64,000 nucleotides of DNA, taken from assembly GCA_963827235.1 (NCBI GenBank), contig CAWHAE010000012.1, positions 1,569,221 through 1,633,220 on the forward strand, given 5' to 3'. This stretch comes from an uncultured bacterium. GTDB lineage: Bacteria > Chloroflexota > UBA5177 > JANWHV01. Shown here in pieces: positions 1 through 10,272 of this stretch; position 1 is the stretch's first letter, and every line of letters begins with the position of its first letter. The notes under the pieces are model-generated. The model was not told the DNA's origin. It saw only the letters and a program-made list of their open reading frames with translations, and ran no database searches. A program made the translations under genes and the position numbers.

Positions 1-624
1 CGCTTCCTGGAGCGCATGCCGGGCGGCGCGCCGGCCTACGCCGTGTTGGGTAATCACGACTACGTGCCGTTTGGACGGGGGCCGGGCCTCAACGACGCGG
101 CGCGGCTGTGCGAGGCGCTTGACGCGGCCGGCATCGGCATCATGTCCAACCAGGCCCGCCCGCTGTACGACGGAGCGCTGTACCTGGCGGGCGTCGACGA
201 CCCGGCCACCGGGCGGGACGATCTGGATCGCGCGCTGGACGGGCTGTCCGGTGCCTGCGTGCTGCTGCTGGCGCACAGCCCGGACATCGTGCTGCGCCTG
301 GGAGAACACTGCCCGAGTCTCATTCTCGCAGGGCATACGCATGGCGGCCAGGTCCGCCTGCCGTTCATCGGTCCGCTGTTGACCGAGAGCAACGTGCCGA
401 GGCGGCTGATCATGGGACTCAACGAGTGGCACGGCACGCCGCTGTTCGTCTCGCGCGGAGTCGGCTTCAGCGGCCTGAACATCCGCATCGGCTGCCCTCC
501 CGAGGTCGCCGTGCTCACGCTTCGATCCCCGGCCGCGGCGGCCGCGTGGGCAGAGCCGGAAACCGGGATCGGTGCAGTGGCCATCGGCGAGCCCGACGAC
601 GCCGCGGATAGCCGCTGCGGCTGA
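1..624 (+). CDS. Metallophosphoesterase (YkuE/YaeI-like), 5'-truncated by window edge
   Basis: GNHD, LLAHSPD, AGHTHGGQV and VSRGVG calcineurin-like motifs; frame is open from base 1. Confidence 0.9.
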   Translation, partial: RFLERMPGGAPAYAVLGNHDYVPFGRGPGLNDAARLCEALDAAGIGIMSNQARPLYDGALYLAGVDDPATGRDDLDRALDGLSGACVLLLAHSPDIVLRLGEHCPSLILAGHTHGGQVRLPFIGPLLTESNVPRRLIMGLNEWHGTPLFVSRGVGFSGLNIRIGCPPEVAVLTLRSPAAAAAWAEPETGIGAVAIGEPDDAADSRCG

Positions 625-740
625 CGGAGAGGCCGGAGGCAGAGGTACCACGAGGTGGATCGTGCAGGTGACCGGCGCGATCCACCTCGTGGTATGCGGA
701 GTGTGCCGCGTTACGCGGCTCACGCAGAACCGGCTCAATC

Positions 741-801
741 GTTTAGAGGAATCTTAGCCTTCTCTGGGCTTCTGCTTGGCACCCCCATATGGTCTTCTTA
801 G
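741..801 (+). promoter_or_regulatory. Possible OmpR-family response regulator site upstream of htrA-like gene
   Basis: Hexamers GTTTAG/TCTTAG/TCTGGG at 11-bp spacing (741, 752, 763) plus a second TCTTAG at 796; similar to MprA-type tandem boxes. Confidence 0.35.
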
Positions 802-998
802 CCTGCCCGCCTAGCATGAAGTCATGGGACACGAGGAACACAGCCGCGAAGACTCTTTCCGGCGCTCCTGCAGAGGCGAAGCTCGAATCGCGCAGGGCGC
901 CGGCGCCGCGGATCCCCGCTCGTCCGCCCTATCCCGGCCGCGTGGCCTGGCCGCGAGGGGGCGTTCTATGAGGTCACGAGAGTAAGGAACCAGAGGCC

Positions 999-2141
999 AT
1001 GAGACGAATTGCACGACCCATCGCGGCGGCAAGCTTGATTGCCGCCGGCATGCTCGGCGGGCACATGATCGACCGCACGCAGACATCGTCATCCGTGGAC
1101 GCGGCGACAGGCACCACCACGAGCACGACCGCCGCGAGCACGACCGCCGCGACGAAGGCAAGCAGCGCCACCATGTCGACGGCCGCGAGCCTCGACGCCG
1201 CCACCGAACGAGCCTTCGCCATCGCCAGCCCGTCGGTCGTCTCTGTGGATAGCACCGGCGTGGGCACCGGATCCGGCGTCATCTACGACAGCACCGGCGA
1301 CATCCTGACCAACGCGCACGTGGTCAGCGGCGCACAATCCATCACCGTCACGCTCAGCACGGGCAAGACCTACACGGCTACGCTCGTGGGCTCGGACACG
1401 GCCGACGACCTGGCGGTGATTCACATCAAGGCGAGCGGCCTGCCCGCGGCGCACTTCGCATCGAGCGGAACCTATGAGGTGGCCGAAACCGTGCTGGCAA
1501 TCGGCAGCCCGCTCGGCCTGCAGGAGAGCGTCACCTCCGGGCTGATCAGCGCGCTCGACCGCACCGTCCAGGAGGAGAACGGCGCCTACCTGCCCAATGC
1601 CCTGCAAACCTCGGCGGCCATCAACCCGGGCAACTCCGGCGGCGCCCTGATCGATCTGGACGGCAACGTGGTGGGTATCCCGACACTCGAGGCCACCGAC
1701 TCGCAGAACAACAACGGCGGCGCCGCGCAGGGTATCGGCTTTGCCATCCCCAGCGATCGGGTCACCTACATCGCCAAGCAGATCATCAGCACCGGCAAGG
1801 TCGCGCATACCGGCCGCGCCTACCTGGGCGTGAGCGCGAGCGACGTCTCGTCGGCCAGCCAAACCGGCACCTACTACGGATTCGGAGGCCAGGGAACCGA
1901 CACCAGCGCCGTCTCGGGGGCGGTAATCACGGAAGTGGCCACGGGCAGCCCCGCCGCGCAAGCGGGCATGCAGAAGGGCGACGTGATCACCGCTCTGGGC
2001 GGCCGCGCGGTGAGCGGAGAGGACGACCTGCTCACCGCCATCGCCCAGCAGAAGCCGGGCGCCACGGTGACGGCGACCATCGACCGTGACGGCAGCACGG
2101 TCACCCTTCAGGTGCACCTGGGCGAGCTGTCCGCCTCGTAA
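999..2141 (+). CDS. HtrA/DegP-family serine protease with one PDZ domain
   Basis: N-terminal signal/anchor; TNAHVV, DDLAV and GNSGG catalytic triad; C-terminal PDZ (SPAAQAGMQKGDVI). Confidence 0.95.
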   Translation: MRRIARPIAAASLIAAGMLGGHMIDRTQTSSSVDAATGTTTSTTAASTTAATKASSATMSTAASLDAATERAFAIASPSVVSVDSTGVGTGSGVIYDSTGDILTNAHVVSGAQSITVTLSTGKTYTATLVGSDTADDLAVIHIKASGLPAAHFASSGTYEVAETVLAIGSPLGLQESVTSGLISALDRTVQEENGAYLPNALQTSAAINPGNSGGALIDLDGNVVGIPTLEATDSQNNNGGAAQGIGFAIPSDRVTYIAKQIISTGKVAHTGRAYLGVSASDVSSASQTGTYYGFGGQGTDTSAVSGAVITEVATGSPAAQAGMQKGDVITALGGRAVSGEDDLLTAIAQQKPGATVTATIDRDGSTVTLQVHLGELSAS

Positions 2142-2168
2142 GGGCAGGCCGACGGCTCGCCGGCAGCG

Positions 2169-2214
2169 GAAGCCGCGCCGACCACGGGAAGTGGCGGCAC
2201 GGCTTCTCGTTTTG
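2169..2214 (+). terminator. Putative intrinsic terminator after htrA-like gene
   Basis: GAAGCCG..CGGCTTC stem with inner GCCG/CGGC and CCAC/GTGG pairing, followed by TCGTTTT. Confidence 0.6.
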
Positions 2215-2410
2215 TCGTCCAGGGAGGCAGCGTCTCTTTGAGCGGCTTTCCCGCCCCCGTCCGCCGGCACGCGGCGCCCCAGTGATGAGCGTGACCAGGC
2301 CCACTCACTCCGGCATGCTGCAGACGGGCGATGTGCCGGCCCACGATGCCAGAGCGTGCCCAGCGTGAGCGAGCAGTTCCAGTATGCCGGCGGAGAGCTC
2401 GCGCGGCTCC

Positions 2411-2609
2411 CAGAAACGCAGATAGCGCAGATGGACGCGGACCGTGTAAGTCCCGGCGAGGCTATGTGGGCCGGAGAGCGGCGGTCTCCGGCCTGCCGCG
2501 AGACCAGCATCGTGGCGTGCTCGGGCTTGCCGCGATCGCTGCGCACGCTTCCGCTTCGCGCCGCAGACTATCTGCGTCATCCTTCGTATCCGCGGTTTCT
2601 GCGTTTCTG
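2411..2609. mobile_element. MITE/REP-like element with 22-bp imperfect terminal inverted repeats
   Basis: CAGAAACGCAGATAGCGCAGAT (2411-2432) is the reverse complement of ATCCGCGGTTTCTGCGTTTCTG (2588-2609) at 19/22 positions; intergenic location. Confidence 0.55.
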
Positions 2610-2635
2610 CGCACCCAGAACGGGGTAACCCACCG

Positions 2636-3808
2636 CTACTGGTGTGCCGGGGGCCAGGAAACCGGTCCGGCCGGTGCGCTGCCGCATCTGGAGGCTACCA
2701 TTCCCCCTTCACACGTCCCCATCGCTGAGTCCGTCTCCCGCGTCTCTGCAGCGTAGTGCGCTGCCTGGCCGTCCTGGTAGCGATCCAGGACGGCCAGGCA
2801 GCCGGCCAGCGTGTAGTGCTCGTGCAACTGGCGGCGCAGCTCGGCCCCGCCGCGCAACCCCGAGAGGTAGCCGGCCAGGTGCCGGCGCACCGCGCAGATA
2901 CCGGCCCGCTCGTCACGCACGGCGGCAGCCAGCGTGAAATGCCTGCGGCAGGCGTCCAGCCGCTCCTCCACGGAGGGGAGCCGCACCGGCCTGCCGGCCA
3001 GCACGTCGTGCGCCTCGCGGAAGATCCATGGGTTGCCGATCGCGCCGCGCGCTACCATGGCGCCCGCGCAGCCCGTCTCGGCAAAGGCGCGCGCCACGTC
3101 CTCGGCGCACAGAATGCCGCCGTTCACCACCACGGGCACGCGCGCCAGGCCCCGCGCGAGAGTCGCCCACGACCAGTCGGCGTCTCCCTCGTGCCGCTGC
3201 GCGGCCGTGCGGCAGTGCAGGGTGATCCCGGCCACACCCGCATCTTCCAGACGGCGCACCAGATCCGGCACCGGCTTCTCCTGCTCGCTCCAGCCGATGC
3301 GCGTCTTGACCGTGACCGGGATGTTGTGTGCCTCGCGCACCGTCCGCGCCACGGCCCGCACCATGGCCTGCATGGCGTCGAGGTCGCGCAGCCACCCTGC
3401 CCCGGCGCCGCGGCGGGCGATCTTGGGTACCCAGCAGCCACAATTTATGTCAATGACAAGCGGCTCGCGCGCCGCCACGATCGCCGCCGCTTCGACGAGC
3501 TTCTCCGGATCGGAGCCATAGATCTGGATGCCGATCGGCCAGTCTCCCGGCTCGATCTCGAGCTTGCGCCGGTTCCTGCGGTCGCCCCGGAGCAGGCCAT
3601 CGACGTTGACGAACTCCGTGTAGCAGATGTCGGCCCCTTGCTCGCGGCAAATGGCCCGGAAGATGGGGTCGCTCACGTCCTCCATGGGAGCGAGCATCAC
3701 CGGGTGCAAAGCCATCAGCGCCGCGAACTCCGCGAAGGCGGCGCCCGCCACGGGCCGGCAAGGAAGGTTAAGGGATGTCTGTTGCTCGACGTCTGTACCG
3801 GATACCAT
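2636..3808 (-). CDS. dusB: tRNA-dihydrouridine synthase B
   Basis: LAPMEDVSD, YTEFV, IDINCGC, VTVKTRIGW, HCRT, NGGI and ARGAIGNPWIF motifs; start chosen at MVSG. Confidence 0.9.
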   Translation of the reverse strand: MVSGTDVEQQTSLNLPCRPVAGAAFAEFAALMALHPVMLAPMEDVSDPIFRAICREQGADICYTEFVNVDGLLRGDRRNRRKLEIEPGDWPIGIQIYGSDPEKLVEAAAIVAAREPLVIDINCGCWVPKIARRGAGAGWLRDLDAMQAMVRAVARTVREAHNIPVTVKTRIGWSEQEKPVPDLVRRLEDAGVAGITLHCRTAAQRHEGDADWSWATLARGLARVPVVVNGGILCAEDVARAFAETGCAGAMVARGAIGNPWIFREAHDVLAGRPVRLPSVEERLDACRRHFTLAAAVRDERAGICAVRRHLAGYLSGLRGGAELRRQLHEHYTLAGCLAVLDRYQDGQAAHYAAETRETDSAMGTCEGGMVASRCGSAPAGPVSWPPAHQ

Positions 3809-4178
3809 GGCTCGTGCCTTCAGGAAGCGCGCCCCGCGGTCTGACTCGCGCCCAGGCGCTGGCGCGGAGGCCCGGGCGGCGTAGGGAACCCCTTGAGTAT
3901 AGAGGATCGCGCCACTTCGGCGAGGACGCCCGGCGTCTGGGAGCCTACCTGGGCATTGCGACGCGACGGCTTGTTGTCTCGCGACGATGGAAACCATGTC
4001 GGGCATGTCCAGAGGTGGTCGAGACGACCGCGGTCCCAGGATCGGCGCACTGAAGCGCTGAATCACAGATTTCAGGTCCGCCCAGCGCCCGGAACTTCGG
4101 AGCCGCGCCGGCGCTTGCCTGCCGTTCCCGCCTCCGACTATCCTGTGATCGGTGGTATGACCAGTATAGGAGGTCCGC

Positions 4179-5720
4179 GTGCGCTACGTGGTCGGTCTCG
4201 ATCTCGGTACTTCCAGCCTCAAGGCAGTGCTGCTGGACGAGCGCGGTGCCGTCGCCGCCAGCGCCACGCGCAGCTACACCATCCAGAACCCTCGGGCCGG
4301 CTGGGCGGAGCAGAACCCGGAGCACTGGTGGCAGGCCTGCCGCGGAGCCACGCTCGCCCTGCTGAGCGAGGCGGCCATCGCGGGCGACAACGTCGTCGCC
4401 CTGGCAGTGGGCGGCCAGATGCACGGCACCGTGCTGCTCGACGCCAATGGCGGCGTGCTGCGCCCGGCGATCATCTGGGCGGATAGCCGCACGATTACCG
4501 AGGCACGCGACGTGGGAGCTACGCTGGCAGGGCTCGGATTACTGGCCAAGCTGGGCGGCGGCGTGTCGCCCGGCTTCATGCTCACCTCCCTGGTCTGGTG
4601 CCGCACACACGAGCCGGAGCTGTGGAAGCGCGTGGCCACGGCCCTGTTGCCCAAGGACTACCTGCGCTACCGGCTCACGGGCGCGCTGGCAAGCGACGCC
4701 AGCGACGGCTGCGGCGTGCCCGCGATCGACCTTGCCGCGGGCACGTGGTCGGAGGAAACCCTTGCCGCGCTGAACCTTCCCATTCGTCTGCTGCCGCCTC
4801 TGCTGAATGCCGCAGGACCGGCCGGTGCCCTGACTGCCGGCACCGCGTCACAGTGCGGCCTGCGTCCCGGCACACCCGTTCTGTGCGGCGGCAGCGACCA
4901 GGCCATGGCGGCCATCGGCTCCGGGCTGCTGTATCCGGGATCGCTCCTGGTCAGCATCTCCACCGGCGGGCAACTGGTGGCCCCGGTGACCACGCCCGTC
5001 GTGGCGATCGAGGAGGGACTGCGCACGGTTTGCCACGCGCTGCCTCTCGCGTCCGATCAGACCGCCGGCGCGTTCGGCGGGGGCTACCTCGCGCATTCGG
5101 CCACCCTCGGCGCCGGGCTGAGCGCGCACTGGCTGCGCGAGATCCTCTACCAGGATCAGGGAGAGGGCCGAGACATACGGTTGGTTGCCGACGCGGCGCA
5201 GGCGCCCGCGGGCTCCGGCGGCTTGCTGTTCCTACCCTACCTGGCCGGCGAGCGCTCGCCGCTGCTCGATCCCAGGGCCAGCGGCGCCTTCGTGGGCTTC
5301 CGCCTGGACCATCACCGCCCCCACCTGGCCCGCGCCGCATTGGAGGGGATCGCGTTCAGCCTGCGCCATGCGCTGGAGCCGCTGCGAGGAGCCGGAGTCG
5401 ACACGCACCGCGTGATCGTGGCCGGCGGCCTCGCGCAGAGCACGCTCATGCGCCAGATCCTGGCTGCCGTGCTGGAAACGCCGCTGCTGCCCCTGTCCTC
5501 GGCCGAGCAGTCTGCCCTCGGAGCGGCCCTGCTGGCCGCCGTGCATGCCGGCTTCTTCGGCAGCCTGGACGAGGCCTGCCTGCGCGCCGTGCACTATGAG
5601 CCGCCCGTCGAGCCCGTGGCACAGCAGGTGCCGCTCTACCGCGAGCTGTACGGGCACTACCGCGAGCTGTACCCGGCGCTCAAGGAGACGATGCACGCCC
5701 TGGGCGCACACCGGCAGTAG
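4179..5720 (+). CDS. xylB: Xylulokinase (FGGY carbohydrate kinase)
   Basis: GLDLGTSSLK, GQMHG, IIWADSR, LPKDYLRYRLTG and FLPYLAGERSP motifs. Confidence 0.88.
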   Translation: MRYVVGLDLGTSSLKAVLLDERGAVAASATRSYTIQNPRAGWAEQNPEHWWQACRGATLALLSEAAIAGDNVVALAVGGQMHGTVLLDANGGVLRPAIIWADSRTITEARDVGATLAGLGLLAKLGGGVSPGFMLTSLVWCRTHEPELWKRVATALLPKDYLRYRLTGALASDASDGCGVPAIDLAAGTWSEETLAALNLPIRLLPPLLNAAGPAGALTAGTASQCGLRPGTPVLCGGSDQAMAAIGSGLLYPGSLLVSISTGGQLVAPVTTPVVAIEEGLRTVCHALPLASDQTAGAFGGGYLAHSATLGAGLSAHWLREILYQDQGEGRDIRLVADAAQAPAGSGGLLFLPYLAGERSPLLDPRASGAFVGFRLDHHRPHLARAALEGIAFSLRHALEPLRGAGVDTHRVIVAGGLAQSTLMRQILAAVLETPLLPLSSAEQSALGAALLAAVHAGFFGSLDEACLRAVHYEPPVEPVAQQVPLYRELYGHYRELYPALKETMHALGAHRQ

Positions 5721-5790
5721 CGTTGCCGGCGCGCTGCCCGCGACGCGTGGCAGAGATCGCCGGACCGCCCAAACAGGTGAATATGGGCAG

Positions 5791-7085
5791 TCACTCTTCC
5801 AGGCCTTCGTCGCGGTCGCGTATGCGCGGATCGATGACGCGGGCGTAGACGATCAGCGTGGCCGCGAAGGCGAGCACCAGCGTGGCCGCGAACACGACCG
5901 GGTAGCCGGCACGGTCGGCGATGATGCCGCCGAGCAGCGGCGCACCGGCGGCGAACGGCGTCGCCGCCAGGTTGGCCAGCCCGATGTAGGTCGGGCGTTG
6001 CGCGCTGGGTGCGAAGTCGACGATGAAGGTCAGCGCCGCGAGTTGCAGGCCGCTGGTGGAGATGCCGGTCAGCACGAAGACCAGCCCGTAGCCCACCAGG
6101 CCGATGCCCGGTCCGCGCACCAGCAGGGCAATCAGGGCGGCCAGGCCGGCGCAGAGCGCGCCGCCTTCCACCACGCGCTTGTGCCCGATATGGTCCCCCA
6201 CGTAGCCCCAGCCGATATTGCCGACCGTGGAGGCGGCCAGCAGCACCACGGCATACACGCCGGTGCTGGCGTCGGTCAGGTGCAGGGTACGCTCGGCGTC
6301 GACGGTATAGAACGAGGTGGCCATGCCGGCGGCGCTGATCAGGGCTGTGGCCACCAGGTACCAGGCGAAGTTATGGTCGTCGCGCACGATGCCCGGCAGA
6401 CGGCGCCAGTAATCGCCGGCGGAGGTCACCTTTGCCGGTGTCTCGTCCAGGGGGGCGGGCTCGCGGCTGTTGGCGATGAAGGCGAAAGAGATGGCGAGCG
6501 TGATCGCGGTGCAGAAGAAGCAGAGTGCGAATCCCGTGGGCCAGTCGAAGCGGTCCAGCAGGATGGCGGCGACGGCGGCACCGATCACGCCGAGCAGGCC
6601 GCCCAGGGCCGAGCTGAAGCCGAAGAAGCGCCCACGCCAATCGGGCGGCAGCATATGGGCCAGCATGTCGAGCCAGGCCGGCAGGCCGATGCCGCCGAAC
6701 CAGGTGGCGGTGCCGATCATGAGGAAGAACAGCCAGAGCAAGATCACCTGGATGGTGGCTGGCAAGCAGCAGGGTGGCGATCCCGATCACCAGGTAGGGC
6801 AATCGCTCGAAGATCGTCATGGTGAGCAAGAACGCGCTTCTTGCGCCGCAGTCGCTCGGTGCGGGGCGCGGCCAGTATGGGGGGCAGCGAGCTGCCGATC
6901 GCGCGCACGGTGGCGATCAGGCCCAGGGCCAGGTTGGAGGCCGTGAGGTGGTGCACGTAGAGCGGCATCACGCCGTAGACCGAGACGAAGCTAAGCCCCA
7001 GCACGAAGAGGCTGAGATCGAGGCCCATCACCGTGTAGTTCCAGCGATACGCTCGCGACGGTACGACTGTCTGCCACACGGACAT
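5791..7085 (-). CDS. MFS transporter interrupted by two +1 frameshifts (~6834, ~6748)
   Basis: One hydrophobic MFS sequence spread over three frames (MSVWQ..KKR / FLLTMTIFERLP..HP / VILLWLFF..); GYVGDHIGHKR motif. Confidence 0.8.
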
Positions 7086-7299
7086 GCTTGAGCACTTCCT
7101 CGATCTCGGACACTTCATCGGGCCGCGCGATCTCATCCGGGCCGCCCGCGGCAATACCTGCCGCGCGGGCCACTAGACGCGCACAGCATTCAACATACCC
7201 GCGTTTCGGTCTGGCTAGGCAAGAATGGCGCTGTTTGCCTGCGTAGCCTGCCGTTCGCGGCCGCCTGTGCAGCGTCTGCGCGCCAGGCACGGGATCGAA

Positions 7300-7540
7300 T
7301 CCGTTGCCGAGACCGAGTTACCCTGGTTCAATGAGCAGGGCCCGACCGCGTACACCCGTGCGTACCACCGCCCGCTCTCCTGGTACGTGCGATCCCTGCG
7401 CACCGCCGACCCAGTGCTGACCGCGCTCGAGGAGCCAGCGCCCACTGCCTAGCTCGTGGCGGGATCGTCCCAAACGCCACGGATGGCCGAGACACCGCTC
7501 CACTGCGTCTTTGAAGCGCTCAAGGTCGGCAGCGACCAGG
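7300..7540 (+). pseudogene. C-terminal remnant of class I SAM methyltransferase
   Basis: YHRPLSWYVRSL..ALEEPAPT*..PLHCVFEA in one frame with an internal TAG at 7450-7452; no N-terminal SAM motif. Confidence 0.5.
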
Positions 7541-7724
7541 CGACAGACGGGCCGGTTCTGGAACTGGTTGGCGGTTGGGAGTGGCTCTCCGATCGCTACG
7601 AAGCGGCAATCGCCCGCTACGCCGCGCGGCACGGCCGGCTGTGCGAGTGCACGCCGGCCGGCGCCACGGAGTGCCCGGCAGTGGCGAAGGCGACGGTTGC
7701 TCGCCACTGCCGGGCGCGGTGTGC

Positions 7725-9830
7725 TCAGGCCGTGCGCAGCAGACGAGTGGTCGACTTCGCCGGTCCCGTCTCCGTTGCCGGTCTGCCGGTGTCCAGGGTG
7801 AAGTGCTCGACCAGCTCCTTCAGGCTCGCGGCCAGGGCTGCCAGCTCCTGCGCGCCCGCGCTCATCTGCTCCACGCCGGCGGTCTGTTCCTCCGTGGAAG
7901 CCGAGACTTCTTCCGCGCTTGCCGCATTCTCCTCCGTCACCGCGGCAATGGTCTCCATGGCGCTGGCCACCTGCCCGGACGCCTCGCGGATCGCCCCCGT
8001 CGCCTGCACCGTCTGCTGCGTTGCCTCGTTGACGTCGCCGGCGTCCCGGGCCAGCACCGCCATGGCCGCGTGCATCTGCGTGGCCGCGCTGCCGATGGCG
8101 TGTGCTTCCTTGGTGGTCTGCTCCACCACGCTCAGGATGCTCGCCAGATCGTCGCCCGCGCGGGCTCCTAGCACGGCGCTCTGCTCCACCTCGCTGCTGC
8201 CCTGCTGCATGGCGGCGACGACCTCGGCGATCTGCCGCTGGATGGCGCCTATGCGCGCCGTGATCTCCTTGGTCTCACTCCCGGCTCGTTCCGCCAGCTT
8301 GCGCACCTCGGCGGCCACGACGGTGAACCCCTTGCCATGCTCCCCGGCACGGGCTGCTTCGATCGCCGCGTTGAGGGCCAGCAGGTTCGTCTGCTCGGCG
8401 ATATCCTCGATGGCCTCCACGATCTGGCCGATCTCCTGGCTGCGCTGGCCAAGAGCCTGGACCTGTTCGGCGCTCCGGAGCACGGCCTGTCGCACGACGC
8501 CGATGCTCTGCAAGGTCTGGCTCACCGCGCTGCCGCCCTCTTTGGCAGTGGCGGCGGAGCGGTCGGCCGTCTCGGTCACGGCCGCGACGCTCTGTGTCGT
8601 CTCCTGCAGCGTGGCTCCGAGACGCTCCACCGCGGTGTAGGCGCGGCCGACGGCAGCACTCTGCGCGCTCGTGGTGGCGTCGACGCGCTCGAGCGCCGAC
8701 GTGAGGGTATGCAGCTGGCCCATGGCCTCCGAGGCGGTCCGGCTCTGCTCGCTGGCACCGCGTGCCACTTCCTCGATCGAGCGGGCGATCTGCGTGCTGG
8801 CCTGGCCCACCTGACTGCTGGCCTGCGCCAACTGGGAGGACCCTTCGTTGACCTGCTCCGCCGAGATCGTGACCTGGCCGATCAGTCTGGCCAGGTCCGC
8901 GCGGGCCGCCTCGTAGTCGGCGACTGTCTGCTGCACCTTGCCGATGACCTCCCGCATCGCCTCCGCCGTGCGGCCAAGCTCGTCCCGGCTGGTGCAGCCA
9001 GGTGGCGTCGTGCCCGCGCGCGCCGCCATCGTCAGATCCCCCCTGGCAAACGCCTGCATCCCGTTCGCCAGACTGGTCACGCACACCCGGCCCAGGCTTT
9101 CAGCCGCCATCGTTATGTTGGGAACCGAGCCCAGTATTCCGCGCACGATAATGAGGTTGGCGGCTCCAATGCCCAAACCGATCAGACCCACCACCAGATT
9201 CTTCTCGAGTATCTCTCGTCTCATCTCCCCCAGCCCGCCAGAGTACAGGTTCACCAGGGTGATGTTCACGACGATGATCATCGCTTGTACGCCGAGAACT
9301 GTAACCAGTACATTCAGCGCCATCTTGAAGTTCAGGGATAGCACACCGTGCTTCTGGCCGACTGGAATGGAGGAAGACCAGTTCTCAAGGCGGTTCACGG
9401 TGTATCCGTAGAACGGAAGTGAAAACAGTACAATGATCGGGATAGCGACCAATTCTCCCAACAGATACTCGGTCGAAGTTAGGAACCCGTGTCCCAGCAT
9501 GCCCGTGTTAGGGCCGATGAGGCAGTAAGGAATCATCGCGAGAATGTAGAACTTCGGAATGCTCAGTATGTCTTTCTGCGCAGCAGCCAGATCGCCTGGG
9601 AGAGGGGATGCGAGATAGCTTGCGATGCGAGATAGCTTGCCATTGACGTAGAAATACACGAACAGGACGTAACCTACCACATATATCCACAGCAGTGGCG
9701 ACATCGCTATCTGGGCCAAGCCTGCCTCATTGACGATTCCAAGGTAGAGAAGGCCGATCAACCACACCGCGGGGGGCGTAAGGAAACCGCCAAGAAATCC
9801 GACTAAGATCCCGAGTCTCGAGTTCTTCAT
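7725..9830 (-). CDS. Methyl-accepting chemotaxis protein with multi-TM N-terminus
   Basis: [39 protein letters not shown] signalling motif; HAMP-like DELG segment; 5-6 hydrophobic helices. Confidence 0.95.
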   Translation of the reverse strand: MKNSRLGILVGFLGGFLTPPAVWLIGLLYLGIVNEAGLAQIAMSPLLWIYVVGYVLFVYFYVNGKLSRIASYLASPLPGDLAAAQKDILSIPKFYILAMIPYCLIGPNTGMLGHGFLTSTEYLLGELVAIPIIVLFSLPFYGYTVNRLENWSSSIPVGQKHGVLSLNFKMALNVLVTVLGVQAMIIVVNITLVNLYSGGLGEMRREILEKNLVVGLIGLGIGAANLIIVRGILGSVPNITMAAESLGRVCVTSLANGMQAFARGDLTMAARAGTTPPGCTSRDELGRTAEAMREVIGKVQQTVADYEAARADLARLIGQVTISAEQVNEGSSQLAQASSQVGQASTQIARSIEEVARGASEQSRTASEAMGQLHTLTSALERVDATTSAQSAAVGRAYTAVERLGATLQETTQSVAAVTETADRSAATAKEGGSAVSQTLQSIGVVRQAVLRSAEQVQALGQRSQEIGQIVEAIEDIAEQTNLLALNAAIEAARAGEHGKGFTVVAAEVRKLAERAGSETKEITARIGAIQRQIAEVVAAMQQGSSEVEQSAVLGARAGDDLASILSVVEQTTKEAHAIGSAATQMHAAMAVLARDAGDVNEATQQTVQATGAIREASGQVASAMETIAAVTEENAASAEEVSASTEEQTAGVEQMSAGAQELAALAASLKELVEHFTLDTGRPATETGPAKSTTRLLRTA

Positions 9831-10272
9831 TGCCTTATCCTTCTCCCCTGAGCGAGGGTCCACCGCTCTGGGGCAATCTCCTCAGCCGCCATGTGCTCCC
9901 TGGCGCCTACCTTCTTCCCGCAGCGCGCAGCATGAAGCGGCCGATAAATGTTGACTCCCTGCGCAGGTTCCCGAACCGGGTCAACCGTCGAATCTCCACT
10001 CGCGGGCCATCCCACCGCTCCGGCGCCCGCCGTCTCCCGGGTCGCGGGTTCGCCGATCGCGTCACAGCAGTACGCGTTCGGGCTCCTCATACTACGCATG
10101 GCAAAGGTCATTGGGCCAGATGCCAGATCGTAGGGTCCGGAACGGGCTACCAAACGTCGCAAGCGCGTCAGGTCGTGCGCGGCCCAGCGGTACCGGGTCA
10201 TTGCGCAGCAGATAGAGCGGCGCTATGATCGCTCCGCGTGGGGCGAAGGCCGGGAGAATTGGCGGGTCGAGC

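Noticed and set aside
2356-2628. 90-aa ORF spanning the inverted-repeat element
   Set aside because: The sequence is explained by the repeat element; no GxxExxY or transposase motif
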